DNA of 63,240 nucleotides, the filler included, from Dimargaris cristalligena (Eukaryota): assembly GCA_003614675.1 (NCBI GenBank). It is 3 parts of 3 records of this genome, joined end to end, with 100 filler letters (N's around TTAATTAATTAA, not from the genome) between each part and the next. Parts side by side here need not be neighbours in the genome. Positions count along the whole stretch, not along the records: positions 1 to 21,074 come from ML002675.1; 2 more parts are not named here. One strand, 5' to 3'. How positions within the stretch are numbered: the first letter of the stretch is position 1; the number at the start of each line of letters is the position of its first letter. Below, piece after piece: positions 1-13,149 of this stretch. A model generated the notes under the pieces. That model was given only the letters and a program-made list of their open reading frames with translations, ran no database searches and was not told the origin of the DNA. A program made the translations under genes and the position numbers.

Positions 1-55
1 CTTACCCATATGAGGTGCCCTTGAGTTCCTTAATGACTTGGGAGAGTTGCGAGTG
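1..55 (-). repeat. Exact 55-nt copy of RTEL1 exon 3/donor fragment (11586-11640) at contig start
   Basis: cttacccatatgagg...gttgcgagtg is identical at 1-55 and 11586-11640; the flanks diverge immediately after. Confidence 0.9.
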
Positions 56-1448
56 GTTGGCTTCACTTATTGAGCTAAGGTGAGACCGATGGGCTTGTTC
101 CATACGGCCCTTGCGGAGATGTCGAGCGATAAATGAATTGGGGAAAGTAAAGGTCATTAAAGAGAGTCAATGAAGCTATAGTGCGGTCAAATAAAGCGGT
201 ACAGCTACTGTTGCAAATATGTAAGGGGGTTTAGTTGGTATTCCAGGCCTAACCGCAGTATTCGTGGGGTTCCATAATTCAATTGTGCCAAAAACTAATG
301 TACGAAATCTTTTTCATTAAGATGGAATTAAAGGATCCTAAACCCCGAACCTATTCGGTGGTCATCGAAATTCAGCAGGTCACGTGTATTTGTCTGACGG
401 ACTAGTGTTAGTGGCGGGGCAATAGTGGCAACCCGTATCGTAAGCGTTTACGTTATCCTTATTTGCGATAAAACCGCAGTGAAATTAATATATTCATCAA
501 AAATACCCGAGTATTTGTCAATATACTCAAGGGGGGTGGTATGGATCATCAAAGGTCGATTAAACCGTTATGCCCAGGATGTGTGTTTTCCCATACCCGT
601 ATAAGTGCCTCGTACAGAGCATATATAATTTGGTATGCGACGGGTGGGTGCGTTTTGAAATAGCTTATGGTCCAGTACACACACGCAATAGCCATTGTGA
701 CGAGGGTGTTAAGGTTTACGGTTGAGACTATCCAATTACTAGGAACCTAGTCTTCCATTATCCCGCCACCTTGCTACTTAACCCGGTCAATACGGCCAAC
801 AAAGTTCCGTTTGACAAACAACGTCATTCAGCAGATCTATTGCTCATCCTCTTTTCGAACGGCGGCTAATTCCATTCACAAAGCCCAAGGCACATTCGAT
901 TATTGCGAAGATTCGATCTTTGTGGTTATCTCAAGCAATGGCGGTTGGGAGGATTAAGTTTTATTATTTAGCAATGGTAAGGGGGCGCAGGTCATCGACA
1001 AGGGGCGCCTGTGGTTCACATTTCCAAATCTAGGGCTAAAACGATGAAAAAGTTATTCCAAATATCACCGTGAAGAAGCTGATATAAGTATCATGAAGGC
1101 CCAAGCCATGGGTTTTAGCCTCGTTTGTTCATTCTCGATCTTGCTTTAATATGCCGTCCGAGAGACTCGAGCCTGCTTCAAAGTGTTCGGACTTCAACCT
1201 GTACAATCGTCCGCCAGTCAAACCACCGGGATTCAGCGTAGCCGCAGATCCCTTCGCATTTAATCAATATCGTACGGGCCACTGAAAGGACTTTTAAACA
1301 TACACGCCGGCCTTTGATTAAAATCTAGTCGCTGGTTAACTGTACTGATATAAATCCCGCTTCGTCCGTGCGCATTCTTTTTCATTATCGAACTTGGTCA
1401 TTCCCTCCCACATTTTATTGTATACTGTTAAACCCCTATTGCCTCCAT

Positions 1449-2129
1449 ATGCTCAGATAGTTAGTTCTATACATTGTTTTCCTTCTGGTGCTCCATTCTA
1501 TAACCCCCATCATCATCGTCGACTTGCGTAACCCTCCGCCCAAAACCTATTCCTGAGCCTATACCGAGTCCCTATATCAGCGCAAAATGACAACCATCCG
1601 CCACCCTTGTTTACTGGTGCGCATCGGCCTGCTCAATGCAGATCAAGTGGACATTGATCAAGCCTTTAATACACCCTTTCCTTCTCCTTCTCCTTCTCCT
1701 TCTCCCTCTCCATCCCCCTCTCCCTTCCCCTCTCTGCCTTCGTCTCCGACCCTACACCTATTTGCCCCAACCCCAATCCGGAAACGAGTGAGCCAGATAC
1801 CCATCTTGGAGGATTGGTGGTCATTCGACCCCTACTCAGCGAATAATATGAGCCTAGAAGAGTGTAGCAACTTTCTGGCGCTACCAATGTCGTCCTTTAC
1901 GGAAGTTCTGGTTTGAGACGTATCATTAGATACCCAGTCGGCTTTGTGGCCCACCTTCCTACCCATACCTGCTAAATATTTAAGTGCCATGTAACTGCCA
2001 CCCTAGGTGTGCCACTTCAATGCAGACATGGCCCGGTTTCGACTACTTATGCTCCAACCCCCCACCGAAGAATCAGACAGTGGTTCACACTTGGAGTATA
2101 TTGTTTTTATCGCCAGTGTAATACCCTAA
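1449..2129 (+). pseudogene. Putative secreted-protein gene with a PS low-complexity tract, interrupted by in-frame stops
   Basis: TATAAA at 1349-1354; ATG 1449 gives MLR*LVLYIVFLLVLHS (hydrophobic signal-like), in frame with ORF 1587-1916; stops at 1458, 1554, 1914, 1992, 2004; final TAA 2127-2129. Confidence 0.55.
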
Positions 2130-2459
2130 TGGGGTTGTAATATTATCGTATCGCTAATAAGCACATCGTTTTGTTTTAGTGTAATCCATATAAAGTTGTA
2201 CAATTATAAACCTCTGCCCAAATCTTTTAGACCGTGAGCCCTTTTACTAGTACCTTAAAAATAGGGCTGCTGCTATGGTGTCATCATTTTCCAGATTAAA
2301 ATATGGCGCAGAATACTTCAGCCAAGCGGTGAGACCTTTGCCCCTGTACAGATAGAATTTATTCAAAATCAGGCGAGTAAAGAAGGTGCCAATGGGAGGG
2401 GGAAAAGCCAACAGGCTGTTTGTGAATGCAGGGACGCCATGGTGCTTAGCCTGTCCGTC

Positions 2460-4744
2460 TTAGTCGACCACGGAGATGATATCCACATGTAATAGCTGGA
2501 GCAGGACCGGGAGTGGGGTAGCCATCTCCTGAATAGTGGTCACGGTGTGGTCCAGGTCCTTTTCGAGAGCCGCTTGCAGGAGAGCCACTGGGTCAGCCAT
2601 AATTTCGTCCACCTCATCGGCCAGTTGGTCAGCGCATTGCTTATACACATGCCCCAGCCACTTGGCCTCCCCCAGGAGAGCAGCCACCACTGTTTGACAC
2701 TTCTGGGCCAGCTCAGGGGCGGTGGACGAAGCGAATCCCGCTTCAGTGGGGGACCGGTGGAAATTTGTGATGTGTTCGGTCGCCATGACGTTTAGCTCGG
2801 ATACTTGCTTACAGGCCGCCACGGCAAATTCGGCCAAAGTCTTGTACGCAGTTTTATGGAAGTCGTTGAGAACCAGTTGTTGGGCGGAAGGGGTGTCCGA
2901 GGCCTTGAAATCAGCAATGGTTGCCCCAACTCCGGCCTCGTCAAACTCCTCCACTTCCTCACTGATTTCCTGCAATGCCCGGAATGAGTCAATATCATCG
3001 ATGCCGACATCTGTCAGTAGTTGTTCCTAACCAGCCATATCCAAACCCAGGGGGTACAAAGGCCCATCATAATACAGTTAACATAATGGTGCAGTTAGAT
3101 GGTAAGTGAAGGGCATGGCTCCGTTGTGAATATAACTGAATGGTCGAATACCAAACGCATAATGCCCCTCAATGGACTGATTCGAATTATGGTTTCGGCT
3201 TACCAATTCCTCGGGAACCACGTCGTTGCTCGGGGAAAGCAGGCTAGCATCACTGGGGGTTTCCCGCGCCGCAAGGGTAGCGGGGGCCAGAAGTTTCACG
3301 ATTTGGGACAAGGTGTCTTTGCCACGGTCACGCAGGCCATCTGCATGAGCCAGTATGGATTCCAGGTGGATGGTTTTGTCTTGGGTAAGTTCCTGTGCGA
3401 CTATAACTAGGGCAGGTCCCTTATACTTTGCAAAACAGCCCTCCCAGGAATTTTCCGAGGGTGGAAGAGCAGTGGCAGGGGAACCTGCCTGATTGGTAGT
3501 GGACACATTCACCTTGCGCTGATATATAGGGATAGCAATCATAGATTGGGCCGAAGTCAGTTATGGCTGCTTGTCAATGCTGAGTCGTCAAAGCAGGGCG
3601 GCTGCAGTCGATAGGGGCTTATCGGCCGTACCGACGGTCGGTAGTCCAATGCAAATACTAATACCAAATGGGCTCAATTATGGGCGCAGTCGTTCCCGTC
3701 ACCTACCTTTTCGTTAACCACGTTTACGGCCGACCGGCCCAGGTTTTCCAGGGCAGCCAGGCTGCTCTTCATTGCCGACTCACCCAGCCACAGGGAATTG
3801 TCCAGAGCCTGTCGGGTCTCCGGGTTATCGCGTAGCTGAGTTAGCCGTTCAGCTAGATTGGCCTGTTCGATGGTTTTATAGCCACCGAGAACCGCATTGC
3901 CGAGGATATTGGAAGCAAAATCGAACGTTTTATCTAAAGTGCCTAACAATGAGTCACCGGCATCGGCTGCTAGAGCAGCGGGGTTAACTCGGCCTTCGGC
4001 TGAGTTGGGGTCAGATTCGTTGGTCGACGTGGGTGGAGCGGTATCGGCCAGACTGCGGTCTAAGAGGTCGGCAAAAGTTTGGCGCTCAGCATCCGGACCC
4101 GGAGAGACAGCCGTGGGCTGAGCAGTTGGGGGCGAGGTCGTGTGTTTTTTGAAATCGGGGTCCAATTTAGCATAGACATCATCAATGGACAAGTCTTTGA
4201 TATTTTCCGATATTTTATGGGCCTGGGAATAGATTGATTCGGCGGAAGTCAAGAGGGATGACCACCCACCCCAGCCCGATGCAGCAGCAGTAGTGGGTGT
4301 GGTCGAGTTTTCCAAGAGCGAATTACTGTTGGGGCTGGTTGGCGACAGGGTAACTTGAGTGGTTTGGGCGAGGGAGTCTGGGCTCCTGGTGATAGGGCTA
4401 ATGGGCACCTGGGGCTGGGGACTTAGCCTGGGGGCCTCGGACAAGGTTAGGGGTGGAGTGGTGCCCGGCTCGACTACACCAATAGAGTCCACAGTATTGG
4501 CCGAAAGAGGCGGAAGGGCAGGTTCGGGGGTCCGAACCGGGCTAGTCTGGGCGCTTAAGAGACTCTTCGCTAGGGCAGGAACCTCCGATTCGTGGTTAGG
4601 TTTGGGGCCCAGGGCAGGTAAGCTGGGCGGAGTGGGTAGCTCGTCGACGGCATCTTCAAAACACTCATCGTCCGACTCGTCGTCGGAGCTGCTGACCAAT
4701 GGTTCGGCAACGGCGGGGAGAATGTGGGCGGGAGGAGGGCACAT
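2460..4744 (-). CDS. FAM114A/DUF719-like protein, 3 exons (4744-3707, 3518-3204, 3026-2460)
   Basis: GT-AG introns join ORFs 3674-4813, 3078-3542 and 2460-2975 in frame; motifs GWGGWSSLLTSA and LAALENLGRSAVNVV resemble FAM114A; acidic/Pro-rich N-terminus. Confidence 0.7.
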
Positions 4745-5157
4745 GTCCAAAATAAAATAGTAGAAAGCAGGTAGGATGCTGCAAAAAAAGGGGGGGGCAA
4801 GGTGGAAATGCAAGGCGAGTTGTTGTCTAAAGCAAGGTAGGAGAATGCCAAGGAGGGCGGCGTGTTATATTTTGAAGAGTGAACCAAACCCTCAGGGGAA
4901 CTTGGCCGGGACCCCCAAAATTGGCCAAGCGGTATAGGCCTAACCCAAGTCAAAGTCCCTCCTTCCACCTCAGTTTCTCTCTATGCTCCATGCCCATGCT
5001 TCCTTTGCTCCATTCCATTTCTTGTTCCTTTGCTCCATTCTTTCCGTATCCGACCCATCTGTCCTCTATTCCGCAATCGCTGTGGACTGCCGTCTAGTGC
5101 CGGCGAACCTGTGACGGCCTCTTTGGCTCGCTCTACCCCCTCCCCGCCTATCACGCC

Positions 5158-7373
5158 ATGCACAAGGTCGTAGCGGGTCACCGTGACGAGAGCATCGTCC
5201 TGGGCCTATTGGTCGTGGGTTTGTAAGTGGCTCGGTCTCATCTCTACTCTTACTCTAGCCCCAACCCTTCATTAATACCCGAATATCACTGGAGCGGAGT
5301 TTCCTCGCTTCCAGAGAAGCAGAGCAGCGCCCAGTGTTTGACTGTATACTGTGGCTGGGCCCATGTACTGGGGATTAACCATTACGTACAGATAGGCCGT
5401 GCCGTAGTTGGGACTTATAGCTGGCGATATTGGCAGTGGAGACTATGCCCTCAAATGCTAACGTTTAATTGTTACCCTGTACTATTATTTTTTTCCGATG
5501 CATATCATTTGTATGTGTCCGACCCACGCTGCATCGACTATTGGATGGTGATAGCCACCACCAACAGGGACCCATCATCGAGTACATGTACCCACCACTC
5601 GAGGACCCCGACTGCCGACTCACGCCCTATATCCACGTTAAGCGCCTACCCCGAAAGAGCTCCGACAGTCATGCCTCCGGAGCCCCCGAATACACCGACT
5701 GCCTTGAGCTCATTGATTCCTGGAGCTCACTGCCCTTCTATGCCCTCCCAGGTAGGCTGCTTGGCTATTGTTATTAACGTATATACACTGCATCTAAACA
5801 GCCGGGTCCTAAAATAGTAATTGTGGAAGCATTCGGTCTATTCCTCGGGCCTTTATTACCGATTTGCCTTTGTTTTCCACTAACGCCAGACGGGTTCCCA
5901 TGGCCCTGAATTGCTATTGTACTGTATGTATTTATCTATTCACTCGCAGAGGGCGCCCACAAACACAATGAGGATATGTGCTACTTCCACCTCCCCACCG
6001 CAACGCACCAGCCCACTCCCGGCATCCCTTCACATCAGACTGCCCTCTTTGGCATCTCATCTTATCGGCAAATCAACTCCAATGACCTGGTTGTTAAAAC
6101 CAGCGACATTACCCGGACCTTTGTCCAGAAGGCCGTTGTCTTAATACTGGCCCAGCCGGTGTTCGCCTACGTGCAGGACCAAATTTCCGACATATCCCAA
6201 CTGTACTTCGGCCAGCGCGATTTCACACGGACCGATATCCTGCAAACCTTTTACCGCCAAATTGTCCACCACCTTACCCCACCTATCCCGAAGGAGTACT
6301 TTACCTCCAAGACCACCCTGGCTTTCCTCATGACCACCTTCAAGCACCATGCCCTCACTATCCTCAAACTCATGCTGGCCGGTGCCAAGGTCCTTTTTAT
6401 GGACGATAAGGCCGACCATCTCTGCCGGTTCCAGTACTCGCTACTCTCCATCTTTCCCCAGGCTGTAGCCAGTCTTCCCTTTCGGCTGTTCTCCATCCGG
6501 TCCGAGCCAGTTCAGTCCGATCCCGCCCAGCCCAACGATGCGCTGCTGAACTATATCGAGTTTTTCGACAAGTGTTCCCTATTTGAGCCCTACTTCTCCA
6601 TGGTGGAGCTCAAGCAGGTCGAATCACCCGACCTGGTGTCCTGCGTCGCCGGTACATCCAACGAGTGGGTAGCCAAAAACGCCAGTAAGAATTTTGACGT
6701 CATGATTGACCTTAAATCGGCCCGGATTGAGTATATTAATGAAGACATGGTTGACGTTGGTGGCCTAACCTCGGCCGACCGGAAGTTCATGAGCCGGATC
6801 ACCAAAAGCAAAGAGAGCAGCAGCACCCCTCGGTCGAGCCGCAAGTCCCGGGCCAGCTTCGATGAGTATGTGGCCGACGATTATAAGGAGGATCAGCTGC
6901 GGGCCGCTTTCCAGGACTATATCGAGCGCTTCCTATGCACGTACCAGTGGGCCCGCGCCCACAAGACCTCCCATAGCCTCAGCGAAGCCCTCCGGGGTGA
7001 CTACGGCGGCCCGTTTCTCGATGCATGGGCCGAGAGCCCCGTCCACCAAACCTGGTGTCTGTCGGTCGCACCCGAACTGAAACCGCGCGTCGCCTTTCTG
7101 GGCCACCCCGGGTCGGGGGCCAGTGTATTTGAGGACACCCGGCTGCTTCTCATGCAGCAGCTGGACGACGCTAACCTGGCCAACGGCCTCCCCATGTCTC
7201 CTGTCCGGGAAGGACTCAAGAGTATCCTCAATGCGGGTACGTCCGTCTGGGGCCAACGTAAGACCCGCGCCATCTCGCATGTACAGGGCTTCCTCGCTAG
7301 CGCTTCATCCTACTTCGCTAATAAGGAGCCACAGCCCCGGGGCAATCGCAGTAAATCCAAAACACCCTCTTAA
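5158..7373 (+). CDS. AVL9: AVL9 late secretory pathway DENN-like protein, 3 exons (5158-5222, 5555-5751, 5950-7373)
   Basis: Spliced N-terminus LVVGFHHQQGPIIEYMYPPL...WSSLPFYALPEGAHKHNEDMCYFHLP and later FVQKAVVLI match AVL9 family motifs. Confidence 0.85.
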
Positions 7374-8101
7374 TACGACTATGAATGCCACGTTGTAAGA
7401 ACTGGACCTAATGCTTTGGGAATAGAATTCCCATCTGGGGTTAGAATAGAGGCAACGGTGATTCTAATGGGGCGGTTGGAAGGGGGGAGGTGGCCTAATA
7501 TCCTCTGCCAAAGTTGCCCCGAATACACGCGTGCACATACTCTCCCGTTTACTTTCTCCGGCTCTCTCCCTCTCTTGTCTATCATTCGGCGCCTCTATTC
7601 TTTCGCTATTTACATATTCACGACCAATCTTAACCTCATTTGCCATTGTATGACCGCCTCTCGTTGATATTTTCATGGTTACCCGATCAGCGGACTATCT
7701 CTCTATTCATTTAATTTAAGTTGACATCCCACCCCTCTTCGTATACTCTAGCCTAATGGCACATCCTCCCGTACTTCGATATTTATTAACTTTATAGTTA
7801 GAAATATAATTTATTATTTTTATCTAATGACTGCCCTAATGACCTATCTACAGTTATCGATTCTCCTCGAGTTTTTTTCTCTCTAGTTGTTCATCTCCGT
7901 GTGCTGTTTTGCGGCCATTTACATACCATTGATGCTTCTGTCAGTCCTTCAGTTTTTGCCACACTATGTTATACCATCTTAACTTGATAGCTAATTTCCC
8001 TGATCATAATAATATTCACCTTATTTTCAAAGATATTAATTGCCAACCCATGTCACTAGTTTCACATACTCGATTCCCTGATTGGCTTTTAGGACAAGGG
8101 T

Positions 8102-11100
8102 TCATTGTTTGTAGGAAGCCATTTCCTGGCGTGCAAGGGCATGGTGTTTGCTGGAAAAAAAGGGAAGCATGGTTAGAAAGAGGTCAAGTCGGTTAGCCTT
8201 GGAAAAGAGTTTGGCTAATTTGCTGATAAGTAACTCGGGCGACCGATGCTTGGCCCTTAATTCCCTCAGGGTACGCTGAAATTGGCTATACTGGGCCAGG
8301 CTGAAAGCCAGCTTGATCTCTTTTAGGAATGGGCCTGGATCGGGCTTCCCTGGGGCAAGTGCGGATTTCCTCTGTTTTAACTTTAATTTGACTGACACCT
8401 GATGCCCCGATACAGGCGCCGCGGACCCCAGCAGTGCCTGAGGCGGAACAGGGGGCTTGGTGGACCGGGGAACGGGGGGGAGTCGCTCGAGAGTGGGTTT
8501 CCCGAGATACATCTTATAGGGATGTGCGGCCGCCTTACTAAAGGTGGTGCTATCCAGTACATTTGGTTTTGGTTGAGTGAGTTTTTGCCAACTGTTTTGG
8601 GTGAGGTCCCAGGTCCTGGGACGCGTGACTGGACATTGGGTGATTGAGCGCTAGCGATTAATAAATATGGCCATAAATAGTACAGTGGTGATGAGCAATG
8701 TAATGGTAATATTGCAATTAGGGACACGAGAAGTGTCACTGGGCTCAGCGATTATCGATTGGCAATGTGTATATATATGTCGAATGACTCAAGAGAGTCG
8801 CCGATTTAACTACTATGTCCAGAAACTAGTAAGGGGCGACTTACTTGGTCGATGAGGGTGGGCGCCTCTGCAACAGACACCAGAGTGTTGGTTTGTACTC
8901 GAGCCTGATTGATAGAGTTTTCGACACCCTGTATATCGCCTCGAGCATCCGCCTCAATGTGGGATAGGAGGCGAGTAACTAGGGACGTTTTATCGATCAA
9001 AATATTACCATCTATAGTGGCCAATGGGTTGACTGGATGTGGGGTTTTGGAAGCCAACATCAGTTGATTCGAACTGGCATTCTCCATGGCCCGGAAAAAG
9101 GGAGTGAGACATCCTATACTAGTGCCAAACTGCTGGTGTACTTGCACGTAGGGCTGAATCCACGCTGGCAATTCACTCCGGATTTTAGCGGAAGCAAACC
9201 GCTCATCGCACAGGATGATGGCCCCAAAGTCATTTTTATGTCGAATCACTCGGCCCAGGGCCTGGTTGACAGCCCGTATCGCCTGTTGGCGGTACCATAT
9301 TTCCCCCGAGAGAGACGGGGTGGCGGATTTAAGGCCGTGACGCGGAGCGGTGTACTGCTCGTCGAGGTATTCCTTCTTGAGCATCACCTTAGGCTCCATG
9401 TACGACGAATAGGGAAGACCAGTAATAATGACCGCTCGACCACGTTCATTGGCAAAATCAATGCCCTCGGACACTTTGCCCCGGCAGACAGCGAACAAAG
9501 CGGCGCCCTTGTCGCGGGAGGGGTGGACCTGCTCGTAGAACTTTTGAATGATTTGCTCACATTCGGCCTTGCCTTTCGGTTCCACAAAAATGGCTTTGTG
9601 TTGGCTAATGCGTTCCCAAATGGAGAGAGTTGGGGTTGACTGATGCCGGTTGGCGGAGAGGTCCGCGGATTGCCAAAGTTTGAGGGTGTCCGCCATCACC
9701 GTGTAGGAAGTGAAAAACACCAGCAACCCATGGGGTACAACTCGACTGTAATTGACGATAGCACGTCCTAGGTCTAGGCGGGCGGCAATGTCGTTCCGGG
9801 AGCTATAGGAGGATGTCAACGTTTGCCCACCAGGGCCCCGGGGAACGACCATTACAGACACTTGGTTGGTCTCAATGACGTGGCTATTTTCCAGCCGTAC
9901 CGGGAAATCGATCTTTAGTTCAGTGGCGAAGGAATCCAAAGGGGCCAGCGTACCACTAGCCAAAACTACCGAACGCACCCCCTCTTTTACAAGACTGGTC
10001 ATGGCCAATCCAGGGTTAAAGCACCATAAGCTGAGCTGGAGGTCGTTGCCTGGGGGATCCTGGCGTTTGCGGAGGGCCGACAGTGATTGTATAGCGGTTG
10101 GGGCCAGTGCCGGGAGCTTTATATGAACCCGGTAAGAGTGCCGGTCCGGCGAATCAATACTTAGCCCAAGTTCAGTGGCGTGTACCATGGATTTCAGGAC
10201 ATTTAGAACGGGACCAAGTCGGAAAGTGCGCGGGAATGCTACGGGACCCGGGTTTCGAACGGACACGAGGGCTTCCGTCACCTTTTCCATAATTGAAAAT
10301 GGGTAGTCCGCCATTTGAGAATGTAGGCCCGCTTTATCTAGGAGCTGGCTTATGAACAGGCCGGGCTTGGTTAATTCAAGAGTATGGGCAGTAGCCTGGA
10401 CCTCCAGTAGCTGACTTCGAATACTCTGTAGAATAGTTTGGACGATCTCGAGCTCGGCTGGGGCCAGTTTATATAAGGCGTCGATTTGGGGGAGAAGCGG
10501 TTCGCAACTCTGTACTTCTGCTATGGCCAGGTCCAGATCCCTCAGGTTAAGGTCAACAGAGCGCGATTCGTCGCATTTGCTCTCCAGATTATGGGCCTCA
10601 TCGAAAATAATAATAGCCTGTTGCAGATTGATACCCTGGGCCCGACGAGTATCGGCGTCCAGTAAATAGTCATAGGGCAAAAATATTGCATCCACGTCCT
10701 TCAGATTTTGACGGGCAGCATAGTACGGGCAGACTCTAAATGAAGGAAGTGACAGGACAGTAGACGGGCTCGAGTTTGGGAAGGGGGGTTAGTTCACCGC
10801 AGAAATTTAAGTGTCAGTACTGGTCAGGATTGTATAGGGGTAGAAGTGTTGCACTAGTCGTAATCAACTAAAGTCAGGTGACCATTATTAGGTCTTCTAC
10901 GCTTATTATTTCGTAATCTATCGCCAGTCAATTATTACAAGCAATAAAGACAGCACAATCCGTTTGATTATTAACTTACCCACAGCCTGTTCCGAACTGC
11001 ACTAGTTCCTCAATATCCAGGACAGGTGGAATATGGGTTTCTTCTGTAATTCGCAGATTAGTAGAGGGCGGTTTAGAGGATGTCATAAGTGTCTAATAGA

Positions 11101-12421
11101 TAAAGAATAGCAAGCTAGCGTGTAGTGGGATGGTCGTGGAATTCCTTGGAAGATGCAGACGAAATCAAAAGAGCTGATCTAGTCGAGCATGGCTATTTAG
11201 CATTAAACCCATCTGGCTAGCCCGGAATAATCGAGAGTGCAGTGGTAGCACTTACCAGTCAGGGCTGTGTAGAATTGGCAGGATTTTCCTTTGACTTTAA
11301 CCCGGCACAAGGCAGTTTGTGCAGCCCGTGAAAAGGAATTCTTGACTTGGGGGTTTATGCACATTTGATCACGCGAACCCAAAGTCTGTATCTTCAGGCT
11401 CGCCCTAAACGAAATAAGACAAAGTAAAGCAACGGGCCAAGATTGCACATTTGGGCAATTCAAATGGATAATAGGGTTGGTAAATAGGGGAGAGCGACCA
11501 AGATGGAGGTATGGGGAGATATTCAGCTTGTTTAAATGAATAAAGGAATCGCAATGGAAAGACACACAGCAGCGTATAGGGTTATCTTACCCATATGAGG
11601 TGCCCTTGAGTTCCTTAATGACTTGGGAGAGTTGCGAGTGCGTTCGGGATGAGTAGAGTAGCTGAGTGGGCAGAGTCTCCGCAATATCTACATATATAAA
11701 TATGAATGTATCCAATAGAGGTGTACCGAATGGCCAAAAGCTATTAGAATAGGGTTGGGATATGCCATGCCAGACTATGGTCGATACGGCGGGACACGTG
11801 GAATGCACGATATATTAAACGGTATACCTTGGATGGGGATGGTTGACCTTGGGTGGCCCGTGACGGCCAGATCCAGTTCGCGTAGTGTGGCCCATATCTG
11901 GAATGGCATGGACGAGGGTGCCTGACCCGCCTCCTCGATACTGTGTTTAACCAGATAACTGGCCATCTTTTTGCGCGTATTAAAGGCCTCCAGCCAGGCC
12001 AGGGAGGCGCACAGTAAGCACAGTGTCTTGCCGGTGCCAGTTGGGCTTTCCAGTAAGGCGTTTGTTCCCTAATGATTGTAATCAGAGCCAAATCAACAGG
12101 GCAGGGATTATGGCAATGATATATGATATACATTGTTAGTTTGTCGTGATTAAAGCGAGAGGGAGCTAAACAGGACCTTATGCAGGGTTTACGTCATTGC
12201 TGCGCTATTCCCAGGTATGTGGAAACCGTCTTTGAAGCCATATGGGCAGTGGTAGGCTCCATAGGTACGTGAGCAGGTACGCATATATATATATATATAT
12301 ATATTTGGCTATCACGTACTTCTTGGAGGGCTGTAATAACCTTTTCCATGAATACCAGCTGGCAGGCATAGGGTTCAAATGGGTATTGCACCGAAAGGTG
12401 GCGAATCGTCAAGGCAGGCAT
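8102..12421 (-). CDS. RTEL1: RTEL1-like Fe-S DEAH DNA helicase, 7 exons (12421-12320, 12068-11828, 11687-11591, 11404-11256, 11043-10980, 10735-8845, 8650-8102)
   Basis: [10 protein letters not shown]-motif, [32 protein letters not shown], Fe-S cysteines (C..C..C..CPYY), [29 protein letters not shown]-terminal harmonin-N-like helical domain; all introns GT-AG and in phase. Confidence 0.85.
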
Positions 12422-13149
12422 GCTGGCGCACTCTACGACGTAGTCTGAGGGGGGGGGGTCCGAGCGGAGTGGGAAAACAGTAAACAACGGGAAGTGGACA
12501 ATTTCCTCGCAGGGCGGAGAGGGTCGAACTACCAAGGCACTATAAGAGAGTATAGTTGACTGGGGTATAACGAATCGGCTTATAAGTGGGGAACCTCCAT
12601 AGGTACAACAGCGGTGGCGAATGAGTAAAGTAGGAAGGGCCTGGTAACAATAACCTCTCAGCAACCAGCCATAAGAATCTGCACAATCGCTAAACGAGGA
12701 TCGTTAAGCTCCATGGTTGCTACGGCATCTCCCCTTTGTCCTTTTCCTTGAAATACAGGAGTATGCATCTTCAGAATCGGAGCTTCCGAAAAGTACAGCG
12801 TTAAACTGCGGCAGCCCCCGAAACATTATGGCTATACTTGACTTTTATATACCGTATTTCAGGAAGCCCAATAAAACTCCCTAGCGCTCAAAGCAGATGC
12901 GTCCATTTGATTAGGTGTGGCTGGTCTAGGCCACTCTATATTAAAACTAGCCTAAATCGGGCCAGTACTTAAATGTATTGTTTAATAAACAAAACGATGG
13001 CCAGGGCAGGCAAGTGGCCATATAGGCGCTACCAGCCAACTGCATGTCCAGGGGGCTACGTACCGTGGACCAAGCGATATAATATATATATATATATATA
13101 TATATTGGGCAAATAGATACCGGTAGACCTTGGACGCCCAGGGGCTGAA

